Below, piece after piece: positions 1 to 12,346 of a DNA stretch of 64,000 nt (positions are counted from its first letter, which is position 1; every line of letters begins with the position of its first letter). The notes beneath the pieces were generated by a model, which saw only the letters and a program-made list of their open reading frames with translations, had not been told where the DNA came from and searched no databases. A program made the position numbers and the translations under genes. Source of the stretch: Macrostomum lignano. Its lineage: Eukaryota. The DNA lies in NCBI GenBank assembly GCA_002269645.1, contig NIVC01002471.1, positions 62,001-126,000 on the forward strand. The letters run 5' to 3'.

Positions 1-589
1 AGCGGTAAATGTTTAAAGTAAAATAAATACTTTCGGAGGGGTAGGTACTGAGTATTGCGAGGAGGCGGAGGAATACTGCCTTTTTACGAGTAAACGGCAA
101 TAAGTGATTGACCACTGGTGGGTTATCTGCCGAATAACATCAGATCCGCGGGTCAGGAACCATGGCAAGCATAAATAGAATTATGCTGCACGCAGCATCC
201 AGAGTGACAGCAATAAAGAGCTATGGCTAATGTTGAAACAGATTTCTGACGTGGATCTGATACTAGTAGTCCCTCTCTCTCTCATGTCTTCCCTCTCTCG
301 AATTCCTCCTATTCATCCTTTTTTACTTCGCAGTTGAGTCAGTCAGCGTTCATGAGAATTGGAAAAAGGGATTTAAACTGCATGGGAATTCAAATGTGCA
401 CAAGCTGCTGTTGCACTGGCAGATAGACTGCTTGGATTCACTCATATAGAAGTTCCCCCAAGTCGTCACAGTTTGCACTGCTATGGGATAAAAATCCTAC
501 TGGAGAAATCACTGCAACCATAGCAGCTCCGAAGCAGCACAAAGCAGCGAAAATTGACCAGGGAGTTGTCGTGCGATTCAACAGTCATG

Positions 590-735
590 AGGTCCAGCCA
601 CCAAGGCACAGAGAGTGAACATGCCTGACGATTATAAAGTCAGGGCCGCTGTACACCCTGTGTGAGCGTGTGTACGACTGCGTGCCCGCGTATTGGCGCT
701 CTTCTATGTGCTCAGGAAACAGCGGAATGGATCAG
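590..735 (+). mobile_element. Central fragment of SINE family B
   Basis: GCCACCAAGGCACAG...ATGCCTGACGATTATAAAGTCAGGGCCGCTGTACACCCTGTGTGAGCGTG aligns by eye with 18560-18775 and with the reverse complement of 31490-31845. Confidence 0.6.
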
Positions 736-913
736 GAGTCAGTAAAATTGAGGTACAAGTTTCTTACGAGTGCACCATGGCCGTGCGCAATGCAACCCGT
801 AGAGCAAACCACGTCTCCTTGCAGGCCACGTCATCGGGCAGCTGAATGCCAGCGATGCGGACACTGGCGAGAACGGGCGGCTCAGCTTCCGCCTCACTCA
901 AACGAGTGCCCAG

Positions 914-3900
914 TCTGATTCAACTGCCGAATGGCACTTCAACGTGACTCAGGACGGTCTGCTGGTTCTCTTGAACCCGCTGGACAGAGAGCGTCATCGA
1001 CGCTTCCAGTTTGGTGTTGAGGTGGCCGACTCCGGGCAGTCTCCCTGTACAACGGCTACCGCAGTGGTAGTAGAGGTCGACGATGTCAACGACAACCGAC
1101 CTCAGTTTCTGTTCCCGTCGCGGTGGAACCGGACGGTCCGCCTGCCAGCCGGCGGAGTCCCAGTGGCAGGCAGAGTGGCGCAGCTGCTGGCCACGGACGC
1201 AGACAGCGGCGCCAATGGGCGGTTCCGGTTCAGCCTGCTGGCTCCGAAAGATTCGGCCTTTCACGTGGACGCGGACACCGGCCAGGTCATTCTGGTCCGA
1301 CCGTTGGCGCCAGAACTCGCCGCCCAGCCAATTCGGCTGACTCTGATGGTGCGAGATCTCGGTCAGCCTCCGCTCGAAGATGTTCAGTCGCTCGATGTAG
1401 AATTCGTTCGAACCGAGCGAGTGCTTCACTCTGACGGGGACGTCAGTGGCCCAGGAACAGCGGGCACCGATGGCTTTATTGTGATCGCGGGACTCGTGTT
1501 CGCGACTGCAGCCTTCCTGCTGGTTCTCGTCACGGGCTTGCTGGTCATCTCGTGCCGCCGCCGCTGCATTGGTGAGTTCAGATTCCAGCTGTCCAGATTT
1601 GCCACAACTGTATTTGAATTAAGAGGAAAGTGGATTTATATGTATCTTAAATATGCATCTTAAATGTAACTAAATAGCTTCAGAGATCTGTAAATTTTAA
1701 ACATTCTGCGGGAATCTGAAAAATATAGTGTACTTCAGACTCCAGTTTGCCCAGCAATCCGTCCATCAGGTTTTAGAGCCAGTAATCGCAGGAATTACAG
1801 GGCTGGGAATGACTTTTTCAAAATGATATTCAGTCTCCATGAAAGCGCTCATATCGAGGATGCCTTCCGGTGCTAGGGGCGACTTACTGATTAAACTCTG
1901 TTTCGTATGACTGGATTATCTGGGCACCGGGAGAGCTGCTTTCGACCTGCTCGTCTCCTGCAGCTAGCAATCAGAATTAGCGGCAAACAGACATGGGCGC
2001 GGGATTAAGCAGCGGAATGCACCCATGGCGCTTATCCGGGGGCTTCACTAATGCTAATGCCCTTCCAGGTTAATGAAGAGATTAGCATGGAGCAGGGCAT
2101 TGGGACTGAAATTGGCGTATCTGTTCTAATTAGTGAAAAGATGAAGCTTAAATTCTCGACTTCTACGCGGATAGGTAGGCAAATAAGCTGGAAAATTGGC
2201 ATTGTGATCGTTCTTATCTTTAGCCTTTTAGTACAGCTACAGGACAGAGCATAACGGCCATGCGAAATTACAACTCCACAGCACAAAGCATAACGGCCAT
2301 GCGAAATTACAACTCCACAGCACAAAGCATAACGGCCATGCCAAATTACAACTCCACAGCACAGAGCATAACGGCCATGCGAAATTACAACTCCACAGCA
2401 CAAGAGCATAACGGCCATGCCAAATTACAACTCCACAGCACAAGAGCATAACGGCCATGCCAAATTACAACTCCACAGCACAAAGCGTAATGGCCATGTC
2501 AAAATACAGCATTCTTCCTTACGCCGGCTTGTCCAGACCTTTGTTCGCCTATTGGTTCTGACTGCATTGCTCAAATAAAGTATTGTGCATAAATGATTAA
2601 ATGCTACTTTCAGTAGTGTCTGAAGTAAACCCGAAGGACTCGCGACTGGAATGTCGGGGGTTCGATTCTCGACTCACTCGGAACAAATTGTGTCCTTGAG
2701 CAAGACAATTAACTCTGCATTGCTTCAGCTCACCCAGCTGTAAAATGGGTGCCAGCATTAGCTGGGGTAATTGAGGGTGTGTGGCGACCCCCCCCCCAGT
2801 CCTTGGACTGACCAGCCGTACGCAGCCTTCAGATGCGCCGCGCAATGGCTGCTACTGAGCTGTCGGTTGCACACCTGCCCATTAGGGCATGTGTAGTCAG
2901 TCATTATATTTATATTATTTTTATCAACAAAAAACAGTGGGGATGTCAAACCGGCACTTCAATTCGCATTCCCTCAGCCGCAGGCACTGCATCGGGCAGG
3001 AGCCAAACCCGGCGTCCTCTGTTCAGCCGAGGCCCGACAGCCCGCCAAGAATTTGAGGACGATGAGGCCAGCGTCCCGATGACAGGCAGACAGGCTGCGC
3101 ACCGTCAGGTCAGGAGAAAAGTTACCTGCTTGAATTCACTTGTATATTATTCATTAGGCCAACGTCATGACTGTCACGTCTTTCATATTAAATTTGCTGG
3201 AATAAAATAGCAGCGGATTAAATCATGGCGAAGTTTAGGGAAAGTTTTTTAAGTTGACCAAAAAGCAATTCTTATCTAGCCGTTGTTGCAGAAATATGAG
3301 TAATTTTTCGATTTTTAATTCGATATTGCGAACGCATACTATGAGTAGAACAGAGCGCCTGCGAGTGAAATTTATCCAATATTCCATCCTATTTGTTTAA
3401 CAGTAGTCACTGAAACCATAAACCCTATGCAGTCGGTCCCACGCAATGCCCGTCTTGTCACACTGAACCCAGCAGAGCCGCAGCCTCTTCTACAAGCAGC
3501 AGCGGGAAAGCCCGCCTCCGCCAGACTTTGCCAGCCTCCGGTCCACAGACGGCTCCAACGATGACAGCGGCCGCGGCGGCAGCTGCGACAATGGTGGCGG
3601 GGGACACGACGCCAGCCGCAACAAAAGGCAACAGCAAACGGCGGAAGCTGGAGCTGACGGTAAGTGGTCCGTCAGGTTTCAATCAGAAAATTTTCACCCA
3701 CTTCATCAAGTTCTTCTTTAGTCCCTTCTCCCTCTATCTGTGATTTAGGCATAGAAAGCGGTAGAAGATTCACCTGCGACTTGAAAAAATAAAAGCGAAG
3801 TTAGCTAATCTTCACTTGAGTTTAATTTATTTTCTGAGCAATCTCAGTGACGTAAAAAAGTTTTGCAGCACCAAATTTACCAATTCAGGGGCGGGCGCCG

Positions 3901-4001
3901 ACCAGGCGGCATCAATCGAGAAGCAGAGACCGCAGAAGCAGCAGCTCAACTATGCAGTCATTATGCGGTCCGATCAGCCTGGTGAAATTCGAATTGTGTG
4001 A
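914..4001 (+). CDS. Protocadherin-type cadherin, 3' part: last ~1.5 EC repeats, TM helix and cytoplasmic tail; 5' exons not identified and probably upstream of the window
   Basis: Cadherin motifs LDRE, VxDVNDNRPQF, ATDADSGANG, VRDLGQPP and a TM helix (FIVIAGLVFATAAFLLVLVTGLLVI). Predicted exons 914-1571, 2984-3108, 3474(or 3477)-3659 and 3889-4001. All junctions are GT/AG with consistent phases (1,0,1). Ends ...QLNYAVIMRSDQPGEIRIV*. Confidence 0.9.
2246..2510. repeat. Minisatellite, 39-bp unit, ~6.5 copies, in a cadherin intron
   Basis: Unit AGCATAACGGCCATGCGAAATTACAACTCCACAGCACAA; period read from starts at 2251 and 2290. Confidence 0.95.
2610..2905 (+). mobile_element. tRNA-derived CORE-type SINE (family A), copy 1
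   Basis: B box GGTTCGATTC at 2658-2667, followed by TTGTGTCCTTGAGCAAGACAATTAACTC...CTGTAAAATGGG, which resembles the MIR/CORE domain. The 3' half is closely similar to 37833-38098. Confidence 0.75.
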
Positions 4002-7000
4002 AGATCGTTCACAACCAGCCAGCGACTGCCGCTATGTTAATGCGATCAGCTTGATATACTCATTACCTGAATAGCTTTAGTTCAAACAAACTGTTCCACT
4101 GATCAACGAATTGCGTCATTTATTAAAATACAGTATTGGACGCAAACTAACTCAATGAGCTCTGAGATGTAAAGAAATAGTGCACTGCAGGATTTGCACT
4201 CTTTGACTTGAACTCCCCCTGTCTGGTTCCCCCTGACCTCAGGTTCTAAGGCGGATCTTTCATTCGGGGGCTGACGGAACCCCGATATCACACAGATCGA
4301 GCAAAGGTGCAAGAGAACAAGGCACAAGGTTTGAGCTCTTACTGCACTGAGTCTCAATTCGACATTCAAAATCAATAAAACAAATTGAGTAATTCAATTA
4401 AACTGAACTAAATAGACAGATCAAAAACCATCTGATAGGCTAAAACTGCAGGGAAATTCTGACTCCTGTACCTGTGCACTCTTCGCCTATTGTTCTGTGT
4501 TTCATTTCTCTGAATTTTGGCGCAGAACTGAAAGAGACTCTGAGCACGGTTGAAACACTCAAGCATTTGGGAGAAGCCGGGACCATTTTAGCCGATTTCA
4601 CGCCAATTCAACTTATCACATACACTCTATTAAATTGAATCAGAGTATAACGAGCTGGATCACCTCTAAAAAGGTCACCATAGAGCCCTAAATTTGAGAC
4701 AGACAGCGGCCAGAGACGCAAGAAGCCAAGTCTACAGCGGGCATGAGACGTGAGAGAATGAGGCGAGTGCCGATAGGCTGTGCCTCAGCCACAGGCCGCT
4801 GAGCAGACCTGGCTGCTGACAGTTTGTATGGTGGAAGGCACGAGATGCGGGAGCAGATTCACAGTACCCTCATCACCCCAGCCTCCAGAGCTGCAAAAGT
4901 ATATCAGCTAGCTGAACAGCAATGCATCGCATTCTGGCAAACCCAGCCTCTGGTCTGCTGCTTCACTTTGCCATCCCTCGTTGAAAAAATATTTTTTGTC
5001 TATTTTTTATTTTTTTCTCGACGAGTGGCCTCAACAGCCCAGGACCGGGCATGCTGCATGCTTTGGAGCACAGCGCTAAAGCTCAGGAAGTGAAGGCTGA
5101 CGGTGAGAGCTGGGGGAGTTTTTTTCTGTTTTTGAGTCCCTATTCATTGCTTTTTGCTCACGAGAAAAAATTACCTGCACCGCAGTTATTCGGTATACAC
5201 AGATGTTTTGAACTAACATACTATCACAGAATGGTATCTCCGTCACGCATGGTAATTAATGCTTTTTGTCTTCCTTGCTTTTTGGTAGATGCCTCGTGAC
5301 ATGAATACCGCTGTTCGTAAAATCAGCTTAGACAGTTCAGTGGGAAGCTGGCAATGTTTATTACGACATTTCGTTTCCAGTAGTCACGGAAAAATTCTAC
5401 ATGCTGATTGAGACTGGCAACGAATTGAGTTCGACTTCAGAAAATCTGTGTGAAATATGCTAATACTACGAGGATAGGCTGCAGAGAGCTCAAGCGAGAT
5501 AAAACGCATTAGCAAGCACTTATGATTAGCGGAACCAAGGAGTTCTATAATTAGCATCTGGAGTGGAAACGAGCTTTTCAGAACGAACATATTTTTTAGA
5601 TATTAGTAGCGAACAGGTTGTGGACGTTTGGAAAAATGCTAGGAATTAGCACTGCTGTCTTGAGTCGATTTGATCAAGAAGTCATCGAGAGTCAGTGAGC
5701 ACATCCAAAAGTGCTTTTTTGGCTCAAAATATTATATTGAATTGGCTTTTTGGATTGCTCAGTGGGAATGAATGAAATGATATGTCCTTTGGTGTTCCGA
5801 CTCCTTTGGGTTTGTTTGGACATTTGAAAGCGTTGCATTGGTTGACCATGCTACTGATTTAGCGCGAGCAACTTAATCGAAAAGAAAGAACCTAGCTTGC
5901 TGTCCTTCTCTTCAGCTAGTTAGGACAAAAATCACTGAAATCACGAAGGCATTTTTATATTTTACTCCAGATGCTAACTATAGAACTCCTTGAGTTGGGG
6001 TACTCGGTTTAGTACTAAACTGATAGACTATGTCATAAACTAAGCGTCTTTTGACCAGGGACATCCTGCTTACCGAGGCCTGCCTTGTAGTCGTATTTTA
6101 TCCTGATTTAAAATAAGGAAAAAATTATTAACAATGAAAAAGTGATTAAAGGCCAAAATACCTTTTCAACCCCGAAGGTGACAAAATTAATTCCGAATAT
6201 GGCAACTCTCTCTCTTTAGCTTGGATAGGGGCGGATGCATCAGCGTTCTAAAAGCAAGTAGTGCTGTTGTGTATTTGCTCTCTGTTTAAATTTTGCTCTT
6301 TACTGAATGGAAGCCGGTCTTTAAGCATGATTTCTATTCTATGATAGAGGATGCTACCGGCATCCTTCTTTGTGCTGATGTCTATGGCCGAATTTGCCCT
6401 TTTTGCGTCTATGTCTATGGTCAAAACCAAATCTACAGCTGCCAAATGGGAAATCTCAACTATGGTTGAATTCAACTATCAACTTAGGAGTTGAAGTGAA
6501 ATTAGGACCATTGACAATTGTTTTAGTTCTGTACAGAATGAGCGGAATGGAATTAATTGAACGTGAGTGCATGGATACCGTGCCCGCTAGTTTCGGCTGC
6601 GATCTGAACACCTTTGACATTTTTTATTGCAAGCGCCATTAAAAGAGACAGAACTCATTGTCTCCTTACGTCAAACAGAAATAATGCTTCCCCCTAAAAT
6701 ACTGGGTTTTATTCCACCCCGGGCCTCTGCATGCTCATTTGCAACAGTCTGACAGCAAAGATTGCGCTACACGCATAGCGTAGGACTTGGGGCAGTTGCG
6801 GCAGAACCTGCTGCAGTAGCTGGTAGGGAGAACTCCAAAACTTCATTTGGGGCGTCCTCCGCTCTCAACACCTGCTTTAAAGCTGCGCAGACGTCTGCAG
6901 CAACAAAGAAAGATGCAAAGCGAGGCAGAATAAAAAGACCTGCAGCCTCAGCTCTTGTCAGCGGGTGGCTTTGCAATTAAAATTTTCTTTTGCTTCTAGA

Positions 7001-8899
7001 AGGCTGGGTGAGAAAAGCGAGGCAGAAGGCAGAAAACACCTTTTTAGGCAAACGCGGACGAAATGAGAGTGAGAACGCAGTTGGCCGCTTCTCTTTGGAA
7101 AATGGCAAAAAGTGCACCAGATCGATACTGCATTCAGTGTAGCAGAGTGGAGAGTGGGAAATGTCTGGGATTAAGGGGATGCTCAATATTTATACTACTA
7201 CCCGAAGCCTTTCGCTGAGACGTGCAAGCGGATTTCTTTCTAGAAGATGATTGGAAATTGATGTAGAATATAGAGGCCTCGTATTTGTCCACCTGAAGCA
7301 GCTGCTTCTCCCGAATTCGGCTGATTTCTCGGGATTTCTGGTCAGATGGTGGCACACAATCGAGACAATGCAATAAAAAATTCAGTGCTTCAATGAAAGC
7401 CTATCCTGCTCAGCAGGGCCTCGCTGAGCTCGAAGACTTGTCTTAGATTGGAAAATTTCTAGGAAAGTACTCACTACTAAGCCCCGATAGTAGATACCAG
7501 TAGGACAAGATAAACTAATCTGGGAGCTTTCACAACTAAATGGATTCTTGAGAATCCAAAGGCAAAGCTCGGATGGGGGCAGTCGGGAGAAGCAAAAGCA
7601 AAAGGAGAGACGCCCTCCGCTCGTACTTTGGCTGCCTGATTCGGAATTGGAGTTCTGTCGAGGGGGAGGTTTTTTAAAGGAAGACGCTGCTAAAAGAACT
7701 TTGAATTGATAATGATATGGTGCAAATATCTACCCAAACTAAATTTCCACTCAGCTTATAAACTGCTGGGACGCAATCAATCTTGAGTTAGAATTCCCTG
7801 CTCTAGATGAGCTTCTTAGCTCCCATGAGTTTTGCCCTAAACTGCCAACAGCAAGTTGTCTTTAACAAGCAGGCTGGCTGTCTACACTTGCCTGTCCTAC
7901 TGCGACGAAGGACGGAGACGCACCATCAATTAGTAATGCCTTTGGTGTGTCGGCAAGGATGGGACATTTTCTCGTACATACAAACTCCACATGCTCTGGA
8001 TGGGAATTCAATTCCAGTGCCACAGATCCGAGCTCCGCATTGCTGGATGTGTAGCTCTGATTTTTCTGTTTTAGCTCGTTATGGTCAGATAAGATATTTT
8101 CTGCAAGGAAAAGACTGCACTGCATTACTAACTTGGAGGTGCAGGGCTTTTAAAAAATTATCTCCATTCCAGAGGTAATGCTATTAACATTAAATATTGA
8201 AGCATCTCGTTTCCATTATCTGTTTCTCTGACGGCGCCGACAAACAGAAATCTGCCCCTACAGTTGAATTTCTGAATTTCGCGTGCTTTCAAATCATTTG
8301 AATTTGTATCTGATAAAACTGTTTATTTATAAACTGTTGATACTGTATTGAATTTAAGTTTAAATTTATCCTGTTTTTTTCTGATACAGCCACTACTCTT
8401 TAGAAGTGTCCGCTTGAAGGCTTTTTTGGCGCAGTTAAATTCGCAGCAGGGAATAAAAAAGAGAATATATGACTATAAAAAACTGTTAGTTGAGAAAACT
8501 TCATTACTGTGGTAAGGGACGAATAGCCATAGGGTAGTCTGCTTCTCAATCAAGTGCCGCCTCTTTCTTGGCAACACCTACTGGCTACCGTGTGCCGACC
8601 AATCATGCATCATGAGAATATCAATGACCCAATGCATCTCAAACTCTGGGACTACAATTCAGAAAACTCTGCTTACGTACTTCTTTTTTGATCAGTCAGC
8701 CATTCAAACCCGCAGTTTTGCTGCAGTTTCATATCCAATTCCTCAGCCCGCCCACCCTGCTCTGTATTTAAACCCAGGCCGTGTCCCTGCAGTGGCACTG
8801 GTGGCTTCACCCGATCCGTCAGGTGATCGATCTCAAGCGGCAACGGTGGCGGCGACTGCGACTGCTGCTGGCACTGAGTGCCAAACAATCTGTCGGACA

Positions 8900-10732
8900 A
8901 TGGCCAGCCGTTGGAGACTGTTCTGCGAAGGCTCCTCAATCAGGGGCGTGCAGAAAATCCTAAAGGCCCGGTCGCCGTTTATAAAGATACTCTGGCTATC
9001 GTTTGTTGTTGTGATGACGCTGGTGCTGGTGATCGTGTCCGCCTTCCTAGTGAAGGATTTTCTCAACTACGACACTGCCTGGCACACGTCCACTGCGTTC
9101 GACGTTAAGCCCGAGTTTCCTTCGTTCACTCTGTGCGCGCACAGCCCGTTCAGCTACGAGGCACAGAACTTGTGGGACTCAGGCGCAGTCATGAGTCCCC
9201 TGCGATTCCAAAACATGCTCAAGGACGTCACTGGGCTGGCACTAGCTAATAATCTGGAAAACTTGAAACTGATGTACGCATACGACAATATCGAAACCTA
9301 CTATCAGCAGTTGCCGTTTAACGAGACAATTATGATCGGTCACAATCGCAGCAGCCTCTTCTTCTGTGTGGTGGTTATGGGCGGCCAGCAGTACATTGCC
9401 GACAACTGCGAGATCCCAGGCATACAGGTCTCGGTACGCCTTTTCTCCTACGGTGAGTTCTTTAACTGTTTTACAGTGGACGCAGACAATGTCACATTCA
9501 GTCGGGAGTTCGAATCTATTATCGTTATCATGTCGCTTGTGCCGATGGAAAAGCTGCCCCAGATGAGTCGCAGCTTCCTATACGATGTGCTGACACGCGG
9601 TGAAGGCGTCAAAGTGACGATTCACGAGAGAAACACAATCCCCGACTTCGCCCAGAGCGGCTTCAACGTTGAGCCAGGCCGAATGAACGAAATCAGCTAC
9701 GGCACCACCAGCTGGAGCAAATTGGCCACGCCGAAGCGGGCCTGCCGGGACAACCAGCCACATGTGCGCCACCTGGAGCGCAAGTACACAGGAAACTATC
9801 ACCAGTGCGTGAATGCCAAACTTCAAAAGCACTTTATAGACAATTGCGGCTGTCAGTCAACTTTATGGCCAGTGCTGCGGATGCCTGACAACAAAGTTCC
9901 ATACTGCACCGACGTTACTGGCGGTGGCGACGGCAACACTAGGCTGGACTATCTGAGACAAGTCAATAGCCGCTTACAATGCGCCGGAAACTACCTGCAG
10001 GATATGGAACTGCTGAAGCGAAACCTTTCAATCAGCTGTCTGCCGAGGTGCACCTACTCAACATATGAGACCGCTTTATCAATCGCTAAGTGGGTGCCAT
10101 CGGCTAGCAAGCTGGCCGCTCTAGCGGAGCACTACAAATGGGGAAATCTGTACCGGAAATCACAGGTGAACGACGCCGAATTCTTCTATAGAGTAAAGAG
10201 AAACATATCCGACATCGCGTCCAGCGAGTACACCAAGTACCTGTCGCAGCAGAACGCTTACACCTACATCAAAATTAGGCGCCGAAATTGGGACATGACG
10301 ATGAAGAAAGAGAAGTTGACTTTAGATGCCAATATCTTGCTCAGTCGGATCGGCGGTCTCTGCTCTTTGTGCATCGGCCTCACTGCTGCCTTCGTAGTCG
10401 AGGTGTTGGAGTTCTTCTACCTCAGCACCCGCGGTGGTGTCGGCGCGGAGGCGGCAGACGCTGATGACGGTGACGTAGTTGACGATGCCGCCTCCGCGTC
10501 CGCCCCGGCCGTTGTGGTCTCCTCGTCAGCAGCGGAGCGGGCGAACCTGCTGGACCCCTGGGAGAAGGAGGCCTGCGTCGCCTTCCGGCCGCCGGCCGGA
10601 GTTGTGGCCGCGTTTGCCGACGAAATCTCATCGGAGGCCGGGTCGCCGCTGGCGCGAGTGGGCGGCGTCAACTCCAAGGGGCTCTCCAGGAGGCAGGGAA
10701 ACAGCCACTCCGGCTCTGTCAGTGCGCTCTGA
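8900..10732 (+). CDS. DEG/ENaC (amiloride-sensitive/ASIC/FaNaC superfamily) channel subunit, intronless
   Basis: Uninterrupted ORF, open from ATG 8612, with the likely start at 8900 (MASRWRLFCEGSSIRGV). TM1 ILWLSFVVVMTLVLVIVSAF; PEFPSFTLC; FFNCFT; GVKVTIHE...GFNVEPG; Cys-rich thumb CGC...YC...C...CLPRC; TM2 LSRIGGLCSLCIGLTAAFVVEVLEF. Confidence 0.92.
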   Translation: MASRWRLFCEGSSIRGVQKILKARSPFIKILWLSFVVVMTLVLVIVSAFLVKDFLNYDTAWHTSTAFDVKPEFPSFTLCAHSPFSYEAQNLWDSGAVMSPLRFQNMLKDVTGLALANNLENLKLMYAYDNIETYYQQLPFNETIMIGHNRSSLFFCVVVMGGQQYIADNCEIPGIQVSVRLFSYGEFFNCFTVDADNVTFSREFESIIVIMSLVPMEKLPQMSRSFLYDVLTRGEGVKVTIHERNTIPDFAQSGFNVEPGRMNEISYGTTSWSKLATPKRACRDNQPHVRHLERKYTGNYHQCVNAKLQKHFIDNCGCQSTLWPVLRMPDNKVPYCTDVTGGGDGNTRLDYLRQVNSRLQCAGNYLQDMELLKRNLSISCLPRCTYSTYETALSIAKWVPSASKLAALAEHYKWGNLYRKSQVNDAEFFYRVKRNISDIASSEYTKYLSQQNAYTYIKIRRRNWDMTMKKEKLTLDANILLSRIGGLCSLCIGLTAAFVVEVLEFFYLSTRGGVGAEAADADDGDVVDDAASASAPAVVVSSSAAERANLLDPWEKEACVAFRPPAGVVAAFADEISSEAGSPLARVGGVNSKGLSRRQGNSHSGSVSAL

Positions 10733-10822
10733 CTGACTGAATGGCTGAAATTGCTTTGTTTAGTATCGAAATGATTAACAGTATGAAGGAGAAGCAATTC
10801 GCGCCCGTTCTAGTACTAAGGG

Positions 10823-11400
10823 GTGTTCTCTCCGAACTCCTATCAGTTTAGCGATAGTCGCTAGACAGACTGGTCTTCGGTGTTCTCTCCGGACTCCTAT
10901 CAGTTTAGCGATAGTCGCTAGACAGACTGGTCTTCGGTGTTCTCTCCGGACTCCTATCAGTTTAGCGATAGTCGCTAGACAGACTGGTCTTCGGTGTTCT
11001 CTCCGGACTCCTATCAGTTTAGTGATAGTCGCTAGACAGACTGGCCTTCGGTGTTCTCTCCGGACTCCTATCAGTTTAGCGATAGTCGCTAGACAGACTG
11101 GCCTTCGGTGTTCTCTCCGGACTCCTATCAGTTTAGCGATAATCGCTAGACAGACTGGCCTTCGGTGTTCTCTCCGAACTCCTATCAGTTTAGCGATAGT
11201 CGCTAGACAGACTGGCCTTCGGTGTTCTCTCCGAACTCCTATCAGTTTAGCGATAGTCGCTAGACAGACTGGCCTTCGGTGTTCTCTCCGAACTCCTATC
11301 AGTTTAGCGATAGTCGCTAGACAGACTGGCCTTCGGTGTTCTCTCCGAACTCCTATCAGTTTAGCGATAGTCGCTAGACAGACTGGCCTTCGGTGTTCTC
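10823..11400. repeat. Minisatellite, 57-bp unit, ~10 copies, just 3' of the DEG/ENaC stop
   Basis: Unit GTGTTCTCTCCGAACTCCTATCAGTTTAGCGATAGTCGCTAGACAGACTGGCCTTCG; starts at 10823 and 10880; no spacers. Confidence 0.95.
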
Positions 11401-12346
11401 TACACTGTTTATGATTACATATCAGAATGCATTGTACTTACTATAAAGCAAAGCAAGTTAAAAGCGGTAGTTTTTCTACAAAGATTATTTTATTGTATAA
11501 CAAATTCTGAAGTTTTCTGTCGGGACTCAAAATTTCAAGCGGGCTCCGGCTGGGAGACAAATAAAAACAAACAAAGCAAACAGGTCAGCGGAGGACGGGA
11601 AATGTCCCACTCGTATGAAGAAGAGTCGCGAGCAGAAAATATCAAAGTGGGATAACACAACTCGTGTTGAGCTGCCAGTCTCCCTTTTTCGGTTTCCCGA
11701 TCCCGTATTAAATTAAAATGTGCAAATGCCGAAAGGACAAACATGCAAATCACGTATCTGACAGCTCATTCCGCTGTCCGCACACTTCAATCCACGCTCT
11801 CAATTTCCATGTGTGGAGCCCCCCAGCATCGGGCGAAGTTTTTCTGTTTTTTTTTATCGCGAAAAAAACAGATTGGGCTAAAAAGTCGAGCAGGAACCCG
11901 ACTTGATCACAGAGATTCGTCCAGTCTGCAGCCAGTCAACTTTGGCTCCATGGTGGCTGCAGCAAAGCACTTTTGTACCCCTGAAATCCCCCCTCCTCAT
12001 CAGCAGACTTGCAGAGCAGTCAGAGAATCAGCTGCATGAGGCCATCGGCACTCTTGAACTTAGCAAACTGTTTTACTGCCGTGAAAGACAGCGGAAATGA
12101 AACAGGATAAGACCTGTCATATGGAGTGTTACTAAAGCTTTCTACATCTGTAGCAGCGCAGGGGACCCGATAGTCTCTATGCAGGGAATTAGGCGGAAAG
12201 GCTTAGCAAAGTAATCCAAAGCTAAAAAAGTCTTTGTCAGCCGAGCTGCTCGCGGGATCAGACTGATTAAAAATTCCACAGGCTTTAGCCTTAGTCCTGG
12301 GCCCTTATCCGATTGATTCTTCCCCATCTGGCTTCGTGTGATGCGA

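Noticed and set aside
5330-5600. CxxC-containing, stop-riddled frame (ENLCEIC*YYEDRLQRAQAR) as a transposase relic
   Set aside because: Too degraded; no TIRs or catalytic motif recognised.
6767-7373. Short minus-strand ORFs as an extra gene
   Set aside because: No recognisable domain and no consistent splice chain.
8612-8899. 96-codon N-terminal extension of the DEG/ENaC ORF
   Set aside because: No family motif, and the first part is T-rich and intron- or UTR-like; kept only as a possible extension.
10823-11400. CRISPR-like array (palindromic repeat unit); likewise 12347-13443 and 22284-23222
   Set aside because: Units are head-to-tail with no unique spacers, there are no cas genes, and the context is eukaryotic.
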